Positions 35,758-39,985 of a stretch of 39,985 bases of DNA are shown here, one piece after another (positions within the stretch are counted from its first letter, which is position 1; every line of letters starts with the position of its first letter). This DNA comes from a virus (Duplodnaviria; Caudoviricetes): IMG/VR virus record IMGVR_UViG_3300037483_001823, positions 1 to 39,985 of that record, one strand, 5' to 3'. Position numbers and translations under genes: made by a program. Under the pieces are notes generated by a model. That model searched no databases. It was not told the DNA's origin and saw only the letters and a program-made list of their open reading frames with translations.

Positions 35758-36009
35758 TTATTTGATAGCATCCATCAACTCTTTCAGGCTGTCAGCTTCT
35801 CCGGACAGTGTTTTTTGCTTACCTTTCGCGAGCGCTTGGGCTATTTTCTTGATATTTTTCATGTCAATGTCAGTGAGGTTAGGTTCTGCTTCTCTGTAGG
35901 CATCAAGTGCAGATTCTGTCACATCTTTAAAATCATTCTTCGCTACCTCCAAGGCAGTGTATGCTTGGGATATTTGACCTATTGTTTCTTGTAGTGTGAT
36001 GACTTCCAT
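35758..36009 (-). CDS. Small helical protein (possibly GapR/DsbA-like DNA-binding)
   Basis: All-alpha pattern, AGGA SD; family call tentative. Confidence 0.45.
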   Translation of the reverse strand: MEVITLQETIGQISQAYTALEVAKNDFKDVTESALDAYREAEPNLTDIDMKNIKKIAQALAKGKQKTLSGEADSLKELMDAIK

Positions 36010-36045
36010 TTGTTTTCCTTTTTTAGATTTGTTTGTTATTGATTT

Positions 36046-36513
36046 TTAGACAGTCCCGCCAAACTCAGCGATACAGATGGCATCCGCACGGCCACAGTCT
36101 TTCTTTCGCGCCAATTGGTCAGACACTTCGGGGTGCAATTGAATAGCCAGCGCCCGAGATGCATCCTTTTCTTTGCCGATCAGCCCTGCTCTCTTTTTCC
36201 AGTATTGAGGACGGACCCGTCGAAGAGGCAATTGAAGAGTGCCGCACACTCCAAGGACAACACCTACCGATTCCCCGAAATGAAACATCGAAGTGCCGCC
36301 GTTCCCGGGCATGGCAGATACTTGCTCGATATACACTGAGGCATCCTTCCCTGATTTCATTTTCATGATGATTGATGCGAGCTCGCCGGGATTGACTTCT
36401 TGCCCTTTGCCGTGCGTCCGGCCCATTGTCGGCATATCTTCAAGCCAGGTTATTTTCCCGTTTTCCATGGCGGCAATTGCACCGGTTTTGCCTGGATCGA
36501 TTGCAATAATCAT
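36046..36513 (-). CDS. RuvC-like Holliday junction resolvase
   Basis: IAIDPGKTGA, YIEQV, FHFG, WKK and RADA acidic catalytic motifs. Confidence 0.85.
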   Translation of the reverse strand: MIIAIDPGKTGAIAAMENGKITWLEDMPTMGRTHGKGQEVNPGELASIIMKMKSGKDASVYIEQVSAMPGNGGTSMFHFGESVGVVLGVCGTLQLPLRRVRPQYWKKRAGLIGKEKDASRALAIQLHPEVSDQLARKKDCGRADAICIAEFGGTV

Positions 36514-36713
36514 AAGCCAAGCCCATTACTTATCGTGACGTATTGAGACATCATGATCACAGCAACCAAGGCGATTGCAAAAAGTCCAAATGCTACAAAT
36601 TTCCCGCGCTCGGTCAGATGATTTGTCCGCTTCGAATATCTCTTGCGGGCGGGTCTTGCCAACTGGCGGCGGTGCGCTTGCCTCGTTTCATAATGCTGGT
36701 TTTTAAGTGCCAT
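36510..36713 (-). CDS. Small basic protein with C-terminal TM helix
   Basis: ATG 36713 with GAGGGG SD; FVAFGLFAIALVAVIMM. Confidence 0.55.
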   Translation of the reverse strand: MALKNQHYETRQAHRRQLARPARKRYSKRTNHLTERGKFVAFGLFAIALVAVIMMSQYVTISNGLGL

Positions 36714-36777
36714 TTTCCCCTCTTCAGTTTGTTTATTATTGATGTTGCTAAACCTTACACACTTCGTTTTCGGAACC

Positions 36778-36987
36778 TTACACACCCCACCATGCAGCAA
36801 TAGCGCGGAAAGCTTTGCTAACCAGAAAACCAATTCCAAATATGGTGCAAAAAGTTATCAGGAAGGAAATCAAACAGACCCGTATGAAGCCGGGATCAGA
36901 TTCTGATTTGCGCTGATAACATCGGCTCGGTTTCGGTACGGTAAATTTTGGCTCTGTTCGGTCCGCCCTTTTGGTGTATGTTCTCAC
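36778..36987 (-). CDS. Small basic protein with C-terminal TM helix
   Basis: GTG overlapping the upstream TGA; VCLISFLITFCTIFGIGFLV; start uncertain. Confidence 0.45.
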   Translation of the reverse strand: MRTYTKRADRTEPKFTVPKPSRCYQRKSESDPGFIRVCLISFLITFCTIFGIGFLVSKAFRAIAAWWGV

Positions 36988-37334
36988 GATATTTTTTTCT
37001 CCCATGTGCCGATTTTGATTTTGTGCAATTTTGCCGACCTGTCTTTGCTGCTGAGTTTTCCCCAATCTCCGGTACCGCCTGAGTTGAGAGTAGTGGAGCC
37101 ATTGACGCGATAACCCCGTTTGGAGGGTGGGTTGAGAGCATCTGGATCATCCCATCCGATATTACGCAATCGCTGATATAGTCCGTGCGAGTGCTTGAAC
37201 CCGACTATCTGCGCCAACTCCTGGATGCCATACTCCCTGCCGTCATCACAGGTGATGATCATCGTTGTCGGTGCCCCTCTTTTATTGGCCTTGACTATTA
37301 CCGGCTGCTTGATGATTCTTGTTGGTCTGCTCAT
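36984..37334 (-). CDS. Hypothetical HTH-like DNA-binding protein
   Basis: DGREYGIQELAQIVG...LYQRL. Confidence 0.55.
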   Translation of the reverse strand: MSRPTRIIKQPVIVKANKRGAPTTMIITCDDGREYGIQELAQIVGFKHSHGLYQRLRNIGWDDPDALNPPSKRGYRVNGSTTLNSGGTGDWGKLSSKDRSAKLHKIKIGTWEKKIS

Positions 37335-37555
37335 TTCCGCCTCCGCCTACTGCCGACCTTGATTAACTTCTCCCCGCTGGATCTCCACCAGGAGTCGCCC
37401 TCGTCGAGTTTGATTAAAATTTTATTTCCCGGCTTTATGGCCTTGAGTTCGCCTTTACTGATTGCCGTACGTAGTTTTCCTTCACTGCAACCCCATCTTG
37501 CAGCGCCCTCCGGAATCGTTAATGTTGGGGGAAGTTCTGGTAATCGCATTTCCAT
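37331..37555 (-). CDS. Excisionase-like HTH protein
   Basis: LTIPEGAARWGCS..KLRTAISKGELKAIKPGNKILI, HTH_17-like pattern. Confidence 0.75.
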   Translation of the reverse strand: MEMRLPELPPTLTIPEGAARWGCSEGKLRTAISKGELKAIKPGNKILIKLDEGDSWWRSSGEKLIKVGSRRRRK

Positions 37556-37557
37556 TG

Positions 37558-38289
37558 CTACGCCCTCGCTACAGAAAAACTCTCTGCCAGTTTTGATAAT
37601 CCTTTAGCTGTAACTCTGACTTGCTCTGTTATTTTTTCGGAACCGTCGGAGCGTCCGACTGTTGTCGTTTTGTGTTCGAGGAATCCTTGCTGAATCCTTT
37701 CTTGGTACGCCAGCCAGCCACTTCCGCCGACACGGCGATACGTCCACTTGTTTCCTGACAGCCAGGTGAAAAGGTCTTTCGGCCTCATTTGCAGAGTCTT
37801 TGCAGCGTCAGTAATACAGAAGGTTCCGTCCGCTGTTGATATCCGGTCAAGTGCTGCAACTTTCGGCGCTTGCTCTGATATCGTGGATTCCAAGGATAGC
37901 ACCTTCTCTGAGTACGTGAGGAGCAGTCCGCGCATTGCTGCTGGATCGTTGAGGACTTTCATAGGGTCGATTGCCGGTTGCTCTTTGGCTACCTTTTCGC
38001 ATTCGATGAAATAGAGCCTGGCTTGCTTGCCCTTCTCGTTGCGCTCGACCATGGAAAGTTCTTTGGCCATGTCGATCGAGAGGAAGTAATCAACCTGTTC
38101 TGATCCCGGTAAAAATTTACCGGCAACAAAATCAACATCTTGTGTAAACCCAAAATCGTTAATTCTGTTTTTAATCCAATTCCTAAACTCCGACTTGACC
38201 CCTAAAAATAAATGAAGGTTACGAGCGTTGACCGTGTTGACTTCGCTGTCTCCGATTATCGATTTATTGATTGTGATGAGTTGCGTCAT
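37558..38289 (-). CDS. Phage antirepressor (AntA/AntB + KilAC/ANT domains)
   Basis: VNARNLHLFL...F.NWIK.RI, SIDMAKELSMVERNEKGKQARLYFIECE; PKV...ITDAAK...QVRVTAKG. Confidence 0.9.
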   Translation of the reverse strand: MTQLITINKSIIGDSEVNTVNARNLHLFLGVKSEFRNWIKNRINDFGFTQDVDFVAGKFLPGSEQVDYFLSIDMAKELSMVERNEKGKQARLYFIECEKVAKEQPAIDPMKVLNDPAAMRGLLLTYSEKVLSLESTISEQAPKVAALDRISTADGTFCITDAAKTLQMRPKDLFTWLSGNKWTYRRVGGSGWLAYQERIQQGFLEHKTTTVGRSDGSEKITEQVRVTAKGLSKLAESFSVARA

Positions 38290-38303
38290 GATGCGTTCCT
38301 CCT

Positions 38304-38567
38304 TCAGTGCGATATTCTTTTGAGTGCTAAATTTTCACGCTCTTTCTCTTCCTTGAAGAATTTTTTCAGGGCGTTATTAAGAGCTGTTTTTTTTGTCGAA
38401 GCGCTAACCCACAATTCCCTCTTAACTTGGTGCCTGGTGAGCATCTCCAGCTTTTCAGCCAAAGCCGCACTCATACCCCACGCCCCCCGTTTAACCTGCG
38501 ATATGTGTTGATTCGACACGCCTGCTGCTAATGCAAGCTTTGTATGGTTAGTTAAAAATACGTGCAT
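38304..38567 (-). CDS. Cro-like XRE HTH regulator
   Basis: TKLALAAGVSNQHISQVKRG; divergent from the repressor. Confidence 0.75.
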   Translation of the reverse strand: MHVFLTNHTKLALAAGVSNQHISQVKRGAWGMSAALAEKLEMLTRHQVKRELWVSASTKKTALNNALKKFFKEEKERENLALKRISH

Positions 38568-38854
38568 AAATTATCCCGTAGCTTAAAATTATGTTAGACA
38601 GCCGATCAAGAATTTTTTGGATAATATCAGCATAAAAATATGCTTGCAATATAAAATGTAAGATAAATGTAAGAAAAGATATGCTATACTTTAATTTTAT
38701 TTATTGTGTGTGCGGATTTTGTGTAAAAAATAAACTGCTTATAAATATTTTGCAGAGCAACGTTGACATTAATTAAAACATAAAGTAAACATAAGGAATA
38801 CACTAATTTTTTATTGTAAGGCTTGAAAAACCATCGTATAAGGAGTGGCACAAA
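38568..38854. promoter_or_regulatory. AT-rich divergent immunity control region
   Basis: Between divergent HTH genes; tandem AAATGTAAGA at 38654-38663 and 38665-38674. Confidence 0.6.
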
Positions 38855-39571
38855 ATGGAAGAACCACAGACGAACGAACAAGGGATTATGAATAAAGAAA
38901 CGATGAAATACTTCCTTGATGGCTTGAGGATTATGATAAAGAGATCCGGGATGACCCAAGCGGAATTTGCAGATGGTGTAACATCATCTGTCAATTTATC
39001 CAACATTCTGAGGGAGAAGGTCGGAACGAGTGAAGAGATGAGGTCTGCTTTGGCAAAGAGAGCAGGAAAAGATATTTCCGAGATAGTTCTGCTTGGCAAG
39101 CAGGCTGAAAGCTACGATGACGAGGACGATCACCAAGAGCCATATAACCCTTCGGTTGAACGTAGGGATATAGTATCGTCCCTCAGTCATATAATTGCAG
39201 CTGTAAAAAAAACAGAGGAAAATGAGCTGTTGTGGAAATCATGCATGGAAGCGATGCCGGTTCCTTTATGCATCGTTGACAGCAAAGGAATTGTTATTTT
39301 TCAGAACCAGGCCGATAGGTCATTATTCAAAATGAATATCGAAGGTGACAAACTGTGCCCTGCATGTCGAGACAATTCGGTTATTCCACATCCCTGTCAT
39401 GATTGTGCGATAAAAAAGGTTGTGGATCTGGGGGAGCCAATTGAACGACACATTGAAATGATGGACGGCATCTACAGAATAATTTCCAGCCCTTTCAAAA
39501 CTCCGAAAGGAACATTCGTAACTGTTATGGTTTTTAAAGAAATGAATAATGACCTGCAAGGAGGCAACTAA
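38855..39571 (+). CDS. CI-position repressor: XRE HTH + C-terminal PAS-like domain
   Basis: MTQAEFADGVTSSVNLSNILR HTH; MEAMPVPLCIVDSKGIVIFQNQA PAS start; CPAC...PCHDC; AAGGAG SD. Confidence 0.75.
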   Translation: MEEPQTNEQGIMNKETMKYFLDGLRIMIKRSGMTQAEFADGVTSSVNLSNILREKVGTSEEMRSALAKRAGKDISEIVLLGKQAESYDDEDDHQEPYNPSVERRDIVSSLSHIIAAVKKTEENELLWKSCMEAMPVPLCIVDSKGIVIFQNQADRSLFKMNIEGDKLCPACRDNSVIPHPCHDCAIKKVVDLGEPIERHIEMMDGIYRIISSPFKTPKGTFVTVMVFKEMNNDLQGGN

Positions 39572-39985
39572 ATGTCAGTAAATATCAAAAACACGATTCT
39601 TATTTTCTCAATTCTCATTTTAACATTCTGTTTGCCTGTCTCGGATTTTTGCTACGGCTGGTCAGATTTCAATTTTTCAAGAAGCAGACAAAAAACGGCA
39701 GAAGATATCCCATTGGAATTTATTTTGGATAAAACAAAATACGAGTATGGGCGATTAAAAATATTTGGCACGATAAAAAGCAGGTCCAATAATAGCCCTT
39801 ATAAATTTGTAGCTGTAACATTTTCAGTGTATGGCAGTATGAGCCATCTTCTTACAAGAAAAGAAACCTGGGCCTCCCCAGATGTTATAAATCCAGGAGA
39901 AATAAGTTTTGTTGAAGCCATTATAGAATGCAAAAACTCAGAAATCAGCAGGATCGAATATAACGTCACCGGGAGGGAGATGTAA
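39572..39985 (+). CDS. Exported protein, FxLYD-like Ig-fold (lysogenic accessory)
   Basis: Signal/TM N-terminus; IFGTIK...VAVTFSVYG...INPGE pattern; abuts the repressor stop. Confidence 0.55.
   Translation: MSVNIKNTILIFSILILTFCLPVSDFCYGWSDFNFSRSRQKTAEDIPLEFILDKTKYEYGRLKIFGTIKSRSNNSPYKFVAVTFSVYGSMSHLLTRKETWASPDVINPGEISFVEAIIECKNSEISRIEYNVTGREM

Larger units (their letters stand above)
1..39985. mobile_element. Temperate siphovirus-like prophage/phage genome (lambda-like cos packaging, DGR-carrying)
   Basis: Integrase, repressor/Cro, recombination, replication, terminase, portal, capsid, tail tube, tape measure, fibre and lysis genes in canonical order; no sheath gene; no host housekeeping genes recognised; att sites not seen. 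Confidence 0.95.

Noticed and set aside
1929-38511. Numerous plus-strand ORFs of 60-216 aa
   Set aside because: Antisense shadows of well-supported, tightly packed minus-strand genes, with no recognisable motifs.
1-39985. tRNA/rRNA genes, att direct repeats and host assignment
   Set aside because: None recognisable. The window starts at an ATG and ends at a TAA, so flanks are missing, and host taxonomy cannot be supported from sequence alone.

Overview
The window is an essentially complete temperate siphovirus-type (pro)phage of about 40 kb. Almost all genes lie on the minus strand. From right to left these are: Cro-like/antirepressor/excisionase, RuvC, SMC-like ATPase, DndC-like protein, RecT, metallo-hydrolase, helicase-methylase, C5 methylase, replication genes, a lambda-like cos site, terminase, portal, ClpP-type protease/scaffold, capsid, tail, fibre and lysis. 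Four plus-strand genes sit at the two ends: a PAS-domain repressor and an exported protein on the right, and an integrase-N-like ORF and the integrase on the left. The standout feature is an intact diversity-generating retroelement (DGR). An Mtd-like fibre gene carries VR (5091-5205), and TR (4920-5034) differs from it at 16 of 115 positions, all TR adenines. A DGR-type reverse transcriptase follows. There is no avd gene; a 97-aa beta-rich ORF is coupled to the RT instead. Other notable items are a stand-alone DndC-like gene in the recombination module, an HTH-PAS(Cys4) repressor lacking a peptidase domain, a duplicated integrase N-terminus, a lambda-identical cosQ and G/GT slippery site, a promoter-leader-terminator before the head genes, and unannotated Cys-rich microproteins. 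Product calls come from motif recognition only; no database searches were run.
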